Positions 25,941 to 38,721 of a stretch of 64,000 nucleotides of DNA are shown here, piece after piece. Location of the stretch: assembly GCF_006345805.1 (NCBI RefSeq), contig NC_043006.1, forward strand, positions 53,196,001 to 53,260,000, written 5' to 3'. The notes beneath the pieces were generated by a model. It searched no databases, had not been told where the DNA came from, and was given only the letters and a program-made list of their open reading frames with translations. Source of the DNA: Octopus sinensis. Its lineage: Eukaryota. Within the stretch, counting starts at the first letter, position 1, and the number at the start of each line of letters is the position of its first letter. The translations under genes and the position numbers were made by a program.

Positions 25941-26860
25941 TTAAAAAAATCCCCTGGCAATATCATGTTACAGAAATTTACTAGATAAGTATTTACTGAA
26001 AACTAAATGTAAAAATTAAAATAATGTGATGCCCCATTAATAAGATTATTAAAGAAATTAAAACTGCAACACTCCAGGTTTAAAAGATCACCATCACTGA
26101 ATTAAGGTCGTTTGTTATTATTACTTAAGTGTTTGGTTTTAGAAAGAGCATCCAACCATAGAAACCATGCCAAAGCTGACATAGGAGCCTGACATGGCCT
26201 TGTGGCTCACCAGATCCTCTCAAACCATCCAACCCATGCCATCATGGAAATTGGATGTTAAATGATGATGATGGTGATAGTAAGATGAGTAATATTTAAA
26301 TTAAAGTATGGACATTCTAGCTTACAGAATATTAGCATATGTTGCCAACAGTCGAATATTTCTTATATTACACAGTCATCTATTATTTTGTTTTCTTATT
26401 AATATAATAAAATGTGTGGTATGGGATTGATTATGAAAGTATTAATGTTTGAAGAGACAAATATGTATGTAAATATATAAGGATATGTGTCTTATTCCTG
26501 CCTCCTCCTACTCGTGAATTACAATGAAGTCATGTACTTAATACATAATCAACTTTTAGCATCAATTACTAAATGAGCTTAAAGTATAAGAATATATATT
26601 ATATTGTTTATTTTTTACTACTGTATATTTTCTCCATTGTTTCATTTATAGATGTATGTATACTTTCTTGTACCTTAGCCTTTAAATTCGTGCATATGTG
26701 TGTGTTTGGCAAAAGCATCAGAGTGACTCAAGATATGAGAGTTCTGTGTGTTGGCCAAAGCACGAAACTTTTGGACCTTGAGTCACTCTGTTTCTTCCGC
26801 TAAATATTAATAAAAGTATACATATACTCATACTTTGAGTTCTTTATACACTGTTTGCAT

Positions 26861-26892
<32 letters not shown>

Positions 26893-26921
26893 CCATGTCT
26901 TTATCTTTTATTCATTCAAAG

Positions 26922-27135
26922 GAAGCTGAAGAGAAAATGGGAGGTATTGATTTCCTGGTTTTGAATCACATCAAAGAAATATCTTTAGGTGAATGGAGTG
27001 GGTCTACTGATAACCTAACATTGCTCTCCAATCTCTTTGATATCAACTTCAAAGCATATGTACACCTGGCTTCCTATGCTTTGCCCTTACTTGAGAAAAG
27101 TGGTGGAAGCATTATTGTTGTTTCATCTATTGCAG
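26922..27135 (+). CDS. HSD11B1L: HSD11B1L-like exon (phase 0 to 1)
   Basis: caaag|GAA ... GCA G|gtatat; EAEEKMGGIDFLVLNHI...FDINFKAYVHLASYALPLLEKSGGSIIVVSSIA with the family LNH motif and catalytic Ser; 214 bp. Confidence 0.92.
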
Positions 27136-27185
27136 GTATATATTTTTACCATTGACTTAATTATTTATCATTAAATATAAATACG

Positions 27186-27490
27186 TGGAAGCACATGGCC
27201 TAGTGGTTAGAGCAGCAGACTCGCGGTCAAGGGATCGCTAGTTCAATACTCAGACCGGGCCGATGTGTGTGTTTATGAGCAAAACACCTAAGCTCCACGC
27301 GGCTCCAGCAGAAGGTAATGGCAAACTTCTGCTGACTCCTTTGCCACAACTTTCTCTCGCTCTTTCCTCCTGCATCTTGCAGCTCACCTGTGATGGACCA
27401 GTGTCCTGTTCAGTTAGGGAACCTATACGCCAAGGAAACCAGGAAACCGGCCCTTATGAGCCAGGCATGGCTCAAGAAGGAACAAACAAA
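27186..27490 (+). mobile_element. tRNA-derived SINE, family B
   Basis: TGGCCTAGTGG A-box and full-length homology to the other copies. Confidence 0.85.
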
Positions 27491-28531
27491 TATAAATACA
27501 TCAATGATAGAGCACAACGCTAAATGCTTTGCAATATTTATTTATGTCACTTAAAATTCTAAGTTCAATTGCCGGCAAAATATTTAGCTAGCTCAGTCAA
27601 TTGTAATCTTTCACAATAAATTTGAGGTCATCTTAGCATCCTTTTCTGTTCCCATAAGGGGTAGCCCCTTATGCACTCAACACATGATGATATGTACTCA
27701 ACACAGACCAATCCACTTTTACAGTTGGTATCCTATCTATGACAAGATCAGTTGCTTTACTAGCTCTGATACTACATCTAGCTGTAAGGTGGGGTGAGCT
27801 GGCAGAATCATTAGCATGCCAGGCAAGGTGCTTAGTGGCATTTCTTCTCTGTCTTCACATTCTGTATTCAAATTCTGCTGAGATGGACTGGAGTTGATGT
27901 AATGGACTTACCTGCTCCCCTGAAATTGCTGACCTTGTGTCAAAATCTGAAATCAGTATTAAATCTGGCTGTATCCTCTTCATCTTATGAAATGTCTTAC
28001 ACAAAATTTCTCCAATACAATTACATTTTGTATCTTAATTTTCTTTGTGATGCAAAACAGTAGCCTGTGGTGTGTTTTGTCTTCTTACAGACTCTCCAGT
28101 TACAATTAATGTTTTCAAATGTAATACTAAAATAAAAGCTTATCATTAGAGTAGCAGAAATGATTTTAGTACTGATGTAAAGGTTGTACAGTATTTAGTT
28201 TCATCTTTTCCACATTTCCAGTTTAAATCCTAGTAGAATTAGTTTCATATTTTGTAGCCTCATGCCTACATTGGAAATAATAATAATAATAATAATAATA
28301 TAATAATAATAATAGGTTTCAAATTTTGGCTCAAGGCCAGCAATTTAAGCGGAGTGGGTAAGTCAATTACACCAACCTCAGTTCTCAATTGGCACTTATT
28401 TTATTGATTATGAAAGGATGAAAAGCAAATTTGACCGCAGCAGAGTTTGAACTCAGTATGTAAAGACATGAAAAATGCTACTGAACATTTTGTCCAGCAT
28501 GCTAACAATTTTGCCTGCTCACTGCTTTTAT

Positions 28532-28563
<32 letters not shown>

Positions 28564-28599
28564 GGGAAAGAAGACCACCTTTTAACGGCTGTTTTTGAA

Positions 28600-28965
28600 A
28601 TTCTATGGAGAATTCTAGAGAGAACTTTTACTGCAAATATAAGGATGAGGTTTGGAATGAAGAAGTGCAATCATTTGACATTGAAACTAGGAAAAGTAGC
28701 AAAGGAAGGTGAAATGGAGTTAACTTCTGAAGAGATTATAGCGGAGATTGACACAAATAAAGGATATAAATTCCTTAGTATCTTGGAAGCAGATCAAATA
28801 CTTCATATCAACATGAAGTATGTCATCTGAAAAGAATACTACAGAAGCATTAGAAAAGTGGCTCCATCAAAACTCAATGGAAGCAACAACCAAACAGCTG
28901 TATGTTCATGGGCACTGTCACTTGTAAGGCACAGTATGGGTATAATTGACTGGCAGAAAGATTGA
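28600..28965 (+). mobile_element. R4/Dong-like LINE RT fragment next to a (TAA)n tract
   Basis: MRFGMKKC...GYKFLSILEADQI...MK...KEYYRSIRK...SKLNGSN...WALSLVRHSMGIIDW; internal stop. Confidence 0.7.
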
Positions 28966-29160
28966 CTGATCAGGTAGAGGCTGTCTTGTTGGTTTGTGAG
29001 CCAAGATAGTTGACCTTGTTGGTGAATGAATCTTTGAAAGCCAGCTTGATCTTTTTTTGGATGTAGACTAGGATGATAGTGTGTCTAGCAACAGCAATCC
29101 TGTGTATGAGTGGTGATTCATCAAAGATAAAAAGAGATTGAATACAAACGGGGCCATACG

Positions 29161-29553
29161 GGCGTAGGAGTGGCTGTGTGGTAAGTAGCTTGCTTACAAA
29201 CCACATAGTTCCGGGTTCAGTCCCACAGCGTGGCACCTTGGGCAAGTTTCTTCTACTATAGCCTCGGGCCAACCAAAGCCTTGTGAGTGGATTTGGAAGA
29301 CGGAAACTGAAAAGAAGCCTGTCGTATATATGTATATATGTGTGTGTGTGTGTGTGTGTTTGTCCCCCAACATTGCTTGACAACCGATGCTGGTGTGTTT
29401 ATGTCCCCGTAACTTAGTGGTTTGGCAAAAGAGACCGATAGAATAAGTACTAGGCTTACAAAGAATAAGTCCTGGGGTCAATTTGCTCGACTAAAGGTGG
29501 TGTTCCAGCATGGCTACAGTCACATGACTGAAACAAGTAAAAGAGTAAAGAGT
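29161..29553 (+). mobile_element. SINE family A
   Basis: Full-length family A match. Confidence 0.88.
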
Positions 29554-29852
29554 ATATGAACTCAAATGGAATACGACTAAATATGACTGAAACATTAGCC
29601 TATCAATATTGTCTATTGTCTATCAATATCTGACTGTCAACTTAATCCGTACAACGATATCAAATACCATCTGAGTCATATCTCTTCTTTCTGTAACACA
29701 CATCTAATGCGTATTCCAGAATCATCATCATCATGTGATTTGTGTTGCTAGGCTGTCCATTGTTTATTTATTTTAATGAAAAGTTCATTGTTTCATTTTC
29801 TGAGTCAGTTTTTTGTTTTTCCTCTGTCAACTTATGTTGGACATAATGCATC

Positions 29853-30281
29853 CTCTTTTACTCTTTTACATGTTTCAGTCATTTCACTGTGGCCATGCTG
29901 GAGCACCGCCTTTAGTTGAACAAATCAAGCCCAGGACTTATTGTTTGTAAGCCTAGTACTTATTCTATCGGTCTCTTTTGCCGAACCACTAAGTTACGAG
30001 GACGTAAATACACCAGCATTGGTTGTCAAGTGATGTTGGGGTGGGTGGGGTGGACAAACACAGACACACAAACATACACACACCCACACACACACACATA
30101 TATATATAAACATATATACGATGGGCTTCTTTCAGTTTCCGTCTACCAAATCCACTCACAAGGCTTTGGTCGGCCCGAGGCTATAGTAGAAGACACTTGC
30201 CCAAGGTGCCACGCAGTGGGACTGAACCCAGAACCATGTGGTTGGTAAGCAAGCTACCTACCACACAGCCACTTCTATGCC
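29853..30281 (-). mobile_element. SINE family A (inverted relative to the 29161 copy)
   Basis: Reverse complement of family A. Confidence 0.88.
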
Positions 30282-30778
30282 TATAATCCGTTAATTATAT
30301 TTGTGTGGCATTGTTCCATCATTATGTCAGTTAAACCTATTAGTGCTAAGGATACTGTTACCATTGGACTTATTGTTTTTCGTCTGCTGTTATTTCACTT
30401 ACATGATCCACAAAAGGTCTTTGATGCTCTGCCAACTAGTTTAGCCTTTGGTCATGGATTCTTAACCATAAATGTTATATTTTTTTTTTTACTTTTAAAT
30501 GTTGTAATTTTTTGTAATTGTGTGGTTGCAAATGAATGAACTAAAATCATGAAATTATTGTATGTACACAATCACTCACCCTTAAAGCTCAAGTTTAAGG
30601 GTGGATGATGATTAGTTTGAATTCTTCAGAAACTTATGTTTGAAGAAATTTGTGGGATGCCAATATTAGGTGAAAGAAATTAATCTCAGCACATGAAAAG
30701 TACTCTATTTTGCTGGCAAGGTTTCCTTCAGTAAGGTATGAATTAAGAACCTAAAAAACAGAAACTAAATACTGCAAT

Positions 30779-31173
30779 ACAGTTCTATATTTAAGAGATG
30801 AGGAATTATGTACACTTACATTATTTACATTCAACGGATATTTGTCCTCATCTTGTTTGTTGTTAACACAATGTTTCGGCTGATATACCCTCCAGCCTTC
30901 ATCAGGTGTCTTGGGGAAATTTCGAACCTAGGTTCTCATTCCTAAGGTATTTTCAATATTATTATTATTATTATTATTGTTGTTGTTGTTGATGTTGTTC
31001 AGGTCACTGCTTGGAACAGACTCAGAATCTTGGGGTTAGTAGCCCATGCTCTTAATCACTATGCTATATGCCCAATCTTAACCACTACGTCATATGCCCG
31101 TGGGTATATGGCATAATGGTTAAGAGCACGGGGTACTAACCCCAAGATTCCAAGTTCGATTCCAGGCAGTGAG

Positions 31174-31214
<41 letters not shown>

Positions 31215-31380
31215 CAATAATAATAATAATAACATCGAAAAATACCTTAGGAATGAGAACCCAGGTTCAAAATTTCCCCAAGACACCTGAAGAAGGCTGG
31301 AGGGTATATCAGCCGAAATGTTGTGTTAACAACAAACAAGATGAGGACAAATATCCATCAAATGTAAATAGTGTAAATAC
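30779..31380. mobile_element. Head-to-head inverted pair of a tRNA-headed element with a (TAA)n linker and hammerhead-like tail
   Basis: Right copy 31102-31380 has A-box TGGCATAATGG, B-box GTTCGATTCC, (TAA)n, then GACAC-CTGAAGA-A-GGCTG..CAGCC-GAAA-TGTT-GTGTT; left copy 30779-31073 is its reverse complement. Confidence 0.8.
31282..31327 (+). ncRNA. Minimal (loop-less stem III) hammerhead motif; mirror copy on minus strand at 30865-30910
   Basis: CUGANGA core, stem II GGCUG/CAGCC, stem I GACAC/GUGUU; the copies read GAAATGTT, GAAACATT and AAAACGGT, implying ancestral GAAACGTT. Confidence 0.6.
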
Positions 31381-31821
31381 TTCAAGCTGTTTTACTCAAC
31401 ACCATGATGATTTGATCAACCCATCAAGAATTCTAGAAGCATTTTTATGCCAACCCACCTGGAAATGCTCTAGGCTCATTGATATAAAACCTGCCTATTT
31501 TAAAGTATTCATATTTAAATTAACCCCCACTGTCTAAATTTCACATAAGAACCATTTCATAAATTGATATCAATTTAATTTGTTAATTAATAAAAAATTA
31601 AACAAAAAAGTTAATTATTTTACTAAATCCCTTTAAATGTTTGGTTATTTGAAAAATAATTGAAACATAGGCAATGAATTTTGCCAGAAATTTGATCACA
31701 AGAGATAAAAGTTTTTTATTGTTCAAGCCATTATGTTTATGTCTGTGCTGAAGTTCTGTTGCAGTAACAGGCTTCATTATTATACATTTGTTTAATGAAA
31801 TTCTAACTTTTCCTTTCTCAG

Positions 31822-31959
31822 GAAAATTGGCTCAACCCTATCTTTCGGTTTATTCTGCCACTAAATTTGCTCTTGATGGATTCTTCAGTGGATTACGCAT
31901 GGAATTAGAATTGAAGAAATGTAATGTTTCAGTGACATTGTGTGTCATTGGTCTCATTG
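31822..31959 (+). CDS. HSD11B1L: HSD11B1L-like exon with catalytic YxxxK (phase 1 to 1); absent from the ORF track
   Basis: tctcag|GA ... ATT G|gtaggt; [46 protein letters not shown]; 138 bp. Confidence 0.93.
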
Positions 31960-32226
31960 GTAGGTAACGTTTTTTCCCCTATAAATTCAACTTTTATAGC
32001 AAGACACAATCCAAAACTTAATGCACAAGTAACTCATCTGTAGGAAAACTGCTGCCAGACACTCATGAAATAATCACCTCCTTATTAGAAAAAGCTTAAC
32101 AAATAAGCTTTATGCAGCATTCCTTATTCAACTGTAACCACGCTGAGGCAATGCCTTCTAGCTTTTTTTGTTGATCATATCAGACCCAATACTTATATTA
32201 GTTATGTACTTACATATCGATATTTG

Positions 32227-32440
32227 TTACCTCTGCCAAGGAACGAGGTTATGTTATCATCGGCATTGGTTTGTCCGTCTGTGTGCAAAATAACTCAAAA
32301 CGTTGCAAACGGTATTTGATGAAACTTGCTGGAAAAGTTGGCAATGACACAAAGAACAGATGATTAAATTTTTGTAGTGATCTGGGAATTTTTATGGATT
32401 CTTGAAAGATTTTTCATTTGTTATATTTACTTTATCTGAA
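32227..32440 (+). mobile_element. Helentron/HINE-like non-autonomous element, 5' part
   Basis: ttacctctgccaagga..gaggttatgtt...gtttgtccgtctgt start typical of such elements; recognised from memory only. Confidence 0.4.
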
Positions 32441-33071
32441 CTATTACATTCTTTTGATTATCTCCCTTGCAAACACCTTCATCGTTTGCACGTAATCTAT
32501 GGTGGCGTTGCTGTTTCTAAAGTTCACTCAAACTCAAACTAACAGGTACCAAGCTTAAAAGAAGCAATGGCTCTAGGTGAGAACCAAAAACAACAGATAT
32601 AACTTGCAGGGATATATTACCAAGTACTTACATCTTCTATAGGGTATACAATATAACTTATTGATGATACGGCATAATTTTATGGACTAAACAGCGTATA
32701 TTTTCTGCTGTCAAATGAAGTAAATAAAATGTCAAGTTGTAAAAGTAGATAAACAGAAAAGGTTAACACCAAGTAAGAAAATTTAATTCATGTATGAAAG
32801 AGAGGCTAAACCAGGGGACACAACTCCAAATGTCAAAAAATCAAAACTGATCATGAGTTGAAATTATTTCAATTTGTATTTGCTTCTCATTGCATGCTGA
32901 CTTCTAATTTTAATTGCAATTTTTTGAATAGACATATGGGAAATGGCCTCTTCTATGCATATAAATATGGTGCTGATAAATTCTTTTTTTTACTTTTCAC
33001 ATTAAGTATTTAAGCACTTGTTTTATTTCATGTGTGAAAGACATTGCTAGTTAATTTCTTTTTCATCATCA

Positions 33072-33490
33072 TAGGCATGGTTGTGTGACTAAGAAGTTTG
33101 TGTCCCAACTATGTGGTTTAGAGCTCAGTTCTACTGAACAGCAACCTGGGCAAGTGTCTTCTACTATAGCCCTAGGCCAACCAAAGCCTTGTGAGTGGAT
33201 TTGGTAAGCAGAAACTGAAAGAGGCTTGTGTGTGTACATGAGTGTGAGAGTGTTTCTGTCTCCTTTTCTTGACATTGCATGGTTATTATAAATGAATATC
33301 ATCCAGTTCTAATATTCTGCAAAAGCATTTTAGGCCTTAGGGAAGCATTACCTTACTTTGAAACAATTATAAGGGTTGGTGACAGGAAGGGCATCGTGCC
33401 ATAAAAAAACCTGCCTCAGTAAATTCTGTCAGACCCAAACATGGAAAAATGGACATTAAAATGATGAGGAAGTGGAGGAAACAATGATGA
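33072..33490 (+). mobile_element. SINE with family A head and RTE-LINE-like 3' tail
   Basis: Family A 5' half followed by aggaagggcatc...catggaaaa.ggacattaaaatgatga, which matches the RTE 3' end at 49020-49158. Confidence 0.65.
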
Positions 33491-33548
33491 TGAAATCCTT
33501 TCTGACTTAACTTTGATGATCTTCAGTACTTTTGTTTCATTATTTCAG

Positions 33549-33772
33549 GAACTGAAAATGCTGTTTCCAAGTTGAAGGAGTTTGGAAGAGGAACTGTTCT
33601 GGATCTGGTCAAACCTGCCCGACCAGAGGATGCTGCTATGGCCATCATAAAAGGAGGAGCTCTGCGTCAACGAGAAATATATTTTCCCTACTTTTCTGCT
33701 AAGTTATATACAGTCTTTAGAGATTTGTTTCGGGGTCTTCTAGAAAGTTCCATAAAATTTATGTATCAGTGA
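33549..33772 (+). CDS. HSD11B1L: HSD11B1L-like last coding exon
   Basis: tttcag|GA ACT...; GTENAVSKLKEFGRGTVLDLVKPARPEDAAMAIIKGGALRQREIYFPY...FMYQ*; 'AIIKGGALRQ.E.Y' is typical of the 11b-HSD1 family. Confidence 0.9.
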
Positions 33773-33840
33773 AAATATCTTATTTGTTATAGCTTGATTT
33801 ACTGGCTTTGTTTGCTGCCGTTGCCTGTAAGTCTCCTTAT

Positions 33841-33894
<54 letters not shown>

Positions 33895-34366
33895 TATATA
33901 CATATTGCAGAATGTTGTTGAAATATTTACAACTCTGTTGTTGAAATAATTACTTTTTAAATGAATGAACAAATACATATAGACATCCATATGGAAATAT
34001 ATGTATACATACACGGATGTATAGTTGAATACATTCATGCAAACACAAACACATACTCAATTATACAAACATACACTTATACTAGCTCAGTGTAAGTGGC
34101 TACTTTATTTAGTTCTTGAAAAACGAAAAAAGAATCCTTTTATTTTTTCTACTATAAACTACAAAAGATCTATATATTTTGAAAATGTGAGACTTTCAAA
34201 TCAACCCAAAGAAAACATATTTCCTTTATCACTTTCAAAGATTTAAAAGAACATTTTATGTATTATTAATTTTAAGTTTGTTCACATAAACGTATACGTT
34301 GCAAGAGGGAATGCATATTTTAACAGCCATAAACTATTAACAAATAATTAGATCAGATCTCTGTTA

Positions 34367-34409
<43 letters not shown>

Positions 34410-34468
34410 ATATATAAATACATGCATACATACATACGTGTATATATATATATATATAATATATACAT

Positions 34469-34509
<41 letters not shown>

Positions 34510-34520
34510 CATATATATAT

Positions 34521-34848
34521 AAATTAGAAAAAAACACCTTTTATCAATTCAAAATGAACAATTAAATTACACCATCTAGAAAATTACATATAATAGAAAT
34601 ATTAAAAATAAAATCACAATAATATACCAGTGATTAAGTAAATTGCAAAATAATAATAAAAACGTATATATTTGGTATATATATATAGATACCAAATATA
34701 TACGTTTTTATTATCACTTTGCAATTTACTTAATTATTTGTATATTATTGTTATTTTATTTTTAATATTTCTATTATATGTAATTTTCTAGATGGTGTAC
34801 TTTAATTGTTCATTTTGAATTGATAAAAGGTGTTTTTTTACTAATTTT
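34521..34848. repeat. Diverged fold-back palindrome (about 155-bp arms) centred on (AT)n
   Basis: aaattagaaaaaaacaccttttatcaattc...tttggtat and ataccaaa...gaattgataaaaggtgtttttttactaattt are reverse complements with scattered mismatches. Confidence 0.9.
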
Positions 34849-34934
34849 TATATATATATATTATATTTTGTGAAATTTGATTTAGTATTTCTAAATTGAA
34901 TTTTTTCCTGTGAGTTAGGAATAATATTCCCTCA

Positions 34935-34935
34935 A

Positions 34936-35009
<74 letters not shown>

Positions 35010-35045
35010 ATATATATACATATATATGTATATATATATATACAT

Positions 35046-35079
<34 letters not shown>

Positions 35080-35106
35080 CATTATATATACATATATATA
35101 TATTAC

Positions 35107-35137
<31 letters not shown>

Positions 35138-35150
35138 CTATATATAATAC

Positions 35151-35181
<31 letters not shown>

Positions 35182-35234
35182 CATATATATATATACAATA
35201 TATATATATATATATAGATACATATATATATATA

Positions 35235-35271
<37 letters not shown>

Positions 35272-35462
35272 CCTATATATATATATATATATATACAATA
35301 TATATATATATATATATCATATATACATATATATATAGATATATATATATATAATATATATTATATATATACATATATATATATACATATATATATATAT
35401 ACATATATATATATTACATATATATATATATACATATATATTATATATTATATATATATATC

Positions 35463-35493
<31 letters not shown>

Positions 35494-35598
35494 CATATAT
35501 ATATATATCTATATATATACATATATATTATATACTTATATATATATATATATCTATATATATATATATACATATATATATATCTATATATATATATA

Positions 35599-35632
<34 letters not shown>

Positions 35633-35637
35633 CATAT

Positions 35638-35668
<31 letters not shown>

Positions 35669-35775
35669 TATCTATATACATATATATATATATATATCAT
35701 ATATATATATATCTATATATATACATATACATATATATATATATATTACATATATATATATATATCATATATATA

Positions 35776-35812
<37 letters not shown>

Positions 35813-36268
35813 ATATATATATATATATATATACATATATAATATATATACATATACATATGCATATATATACATATATATACATATGCATATATATACA
35901 TATATATACATATGCATATATATACATATATATACATATGCATATATATACATATATATACATATGCATATATATACATATATATACATATGCATATATA
36001 TACATATGCATATATATACATATATATACATATGATATATATACATATATATATACATATATAACATATATACATATATATATATACATATATATACATA
36101 ATATATATATGCATATATATACATATATATATTATATATATATAACATATATAATATACATATATATATATACATATACACATATACATATATAATATAT
36201 ATATATACACATATACATATATATATATCATATATATATATACACATATACAATATATATATATATAC

Positions 36269-36300
<32 letters not shown>

Positions 36301-36667
36301 CATATACACATATACATATATATATATATACATATACATATATATATATATATACATATATACATATATATATATATACATATATACATATATATATATA
36401 TACATATACACATATATATATATACATATTCATATATATATACACATATATATATATATATACTATATATATATATATATACTTATATATATATATATAT
36501 TATATATATATATATACTTATATATATATATAATACATATATATATACTTATATATATATATATACATATATATATATACTTATATATATATATTACATA
36601 TATATATATACTTATATATATATATATACATATATATATATACTTATATATATATATATATATATAT
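34935..36667. repeat. About 1.7-kb TA-rich low-complexity array with an internal ~26-bp minisatellite
   Basis: (TA)n interrupted by C; unit tatatatacatatatatacatatgca repeats at about 35850-36030. Confidence 0.95.
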
Positions 36668-37420
36668 GTTGAAAATCAGTGTGTCACTGAAGACTATACC
36701 AATGAACATGCAATATTCAATATGAGAAACAAGATGAAAATATTCAAATGCTACTTTAAGCATATTTAATAAGGTTTGATATTTCAAATACAATATTCCT
36801 TTGTGAAGGCATTAAGAGAAAAACAAAAAAAAAATAGAATTAGAGACAGAGATTAACTACTCATATGGACAGTTGGTATGATATCCAAATTACCACATGT
36901 TTACTGAATTCTGGGACCCAGTCTATTTCAGATCTTACTGCATATATTGAGTGTATATTTTTTCTTTCTTTACATTTAAGTAAGTATACAACTATGTACA
37001 TGTAGTGAAATTTTGATTGAATTAAAACACTGAAAACATGTGGATTTATGTATATGCATATATATATATATATATATATAACAAACTCAGTTTTGAGAAA
37101 ATGTGTGCAATTGTAATATATTGTAATATATTTCAGTATTATATATTGAAAGCTTTTTCAGGTTTTTTTTTCTACATTGGTATTCTCTAATATTTTGTGC
37201 ATTGTGTCACCACCAGAATTTGTATGATGGAGCTTATAGTCTATCATACAGATGTATGATAGAGCTTAAGGTCTATCATATCAAGGTATGATAGAGCTTA
37301 TATATAGTCTATCATACCTTGTTTTGGCTCACGGGTATAAATGACTGCCAACCACAAAAATTCTGTTTGAAATCTAATTTTCTTAATTTGAAGGGCATTA
37401 ATTGTGTGTGTGTGTGTGCA

Positions 37421-37458
<38 letters not shown>

Positions 37459-38637
37459 TGAGAATGGGTGTAATAAAAGAAACAGACAGGATAATTGTTT
37501 ACAATGTATTTAAAAATAATGATAGTTATTAAAAAAAGATCACCAAGTGTATGTTCATATATGAAATCAAGTATATGAATAAAGAGACATGTATGATTAC
37601 ATGTGCATAATGTATATATATATATGTGTGTGTGTGTGTGTTAATGAATTTATATTGTAAATAACCTCTTGCAGGACTTCACAATTTGATATGAAAAAAA
37701 TTAACTGTTACCAAACTATAAAAAATACGAATTAATATGAATTATGCATACAGACTTTGTCAGTTTATTTTGTAATTCAGAATAAGTTTTAAAAAAAATT
37801 CAATACATTAATTTCTTCTGTTTGACAAATAACAGACATTTCTATATACTAAGATAACCACCACCACCACAACTTCCAGTACAGCCACAATCATGCTGTT
37901 CTATAACTTACCCCAGTCCTTATATTAAACACCATCATCATATCAAACTTCTATATTTGTTATATATTTGTTAACTTTTACAATTTGATTGTGGTTTGTG
38001 TGAAAATTGCAACAAACTCTTTTGAAGTTGATACCTTTGTATAATTTTGATTGTAATGTTTAAATTTAAATCTGAACTGAATTACTGAAAATAAAAAATT
38101 TCTATAAAAACTAGGTCTACTTAGTTCAGGCTAAAGACTTTTTCTGTTGTTTCTTTTTGATATGTGCTTGTCCATAGGGACTTATCATGTTGTTCAGCCC
38201 AAATCCATTAGATCTAAGATCAAAGGAGTTTCAGCTATGACTACATTATAGAATGATATGCCTTGTTTAAAACGTCATGGAGTGATTAAAGAAATATCTG
38301 GCTGCTGTTTCTAGCTTGTTGAGTAGCAACTTAGCATTCTTCATCTCTGTGTGTTGGCAGAATTTTTTTGTGTTTTACATTCTGAGCAACATCTTTTGCA
38401 GGAAATTACAACTTTGAAAATGACAATCCATGATTAATATAAACAATTATTGTATATGAATTGTAGATTCTCTGTTGATCTTGATGATGAACTTCAATCA
38501 ACTGAATTCTGGCTCAGGAAATTAACAGATAAGCAGCTGAATATTCCACAGAACATGAACTCTTAATGGAAATTCTAAGGCACAGTCAGAGTCCATGATG
38601 TGACAAGGATGAACATTTACATTAAAGATACAATCCA

Positions 38638-38721
<84 letters not shown>

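Noticed and set aside
36680-36735. CTGAAGA next to the TA array as a hammerhead
   Set aside because: No stem II or GAAA in register
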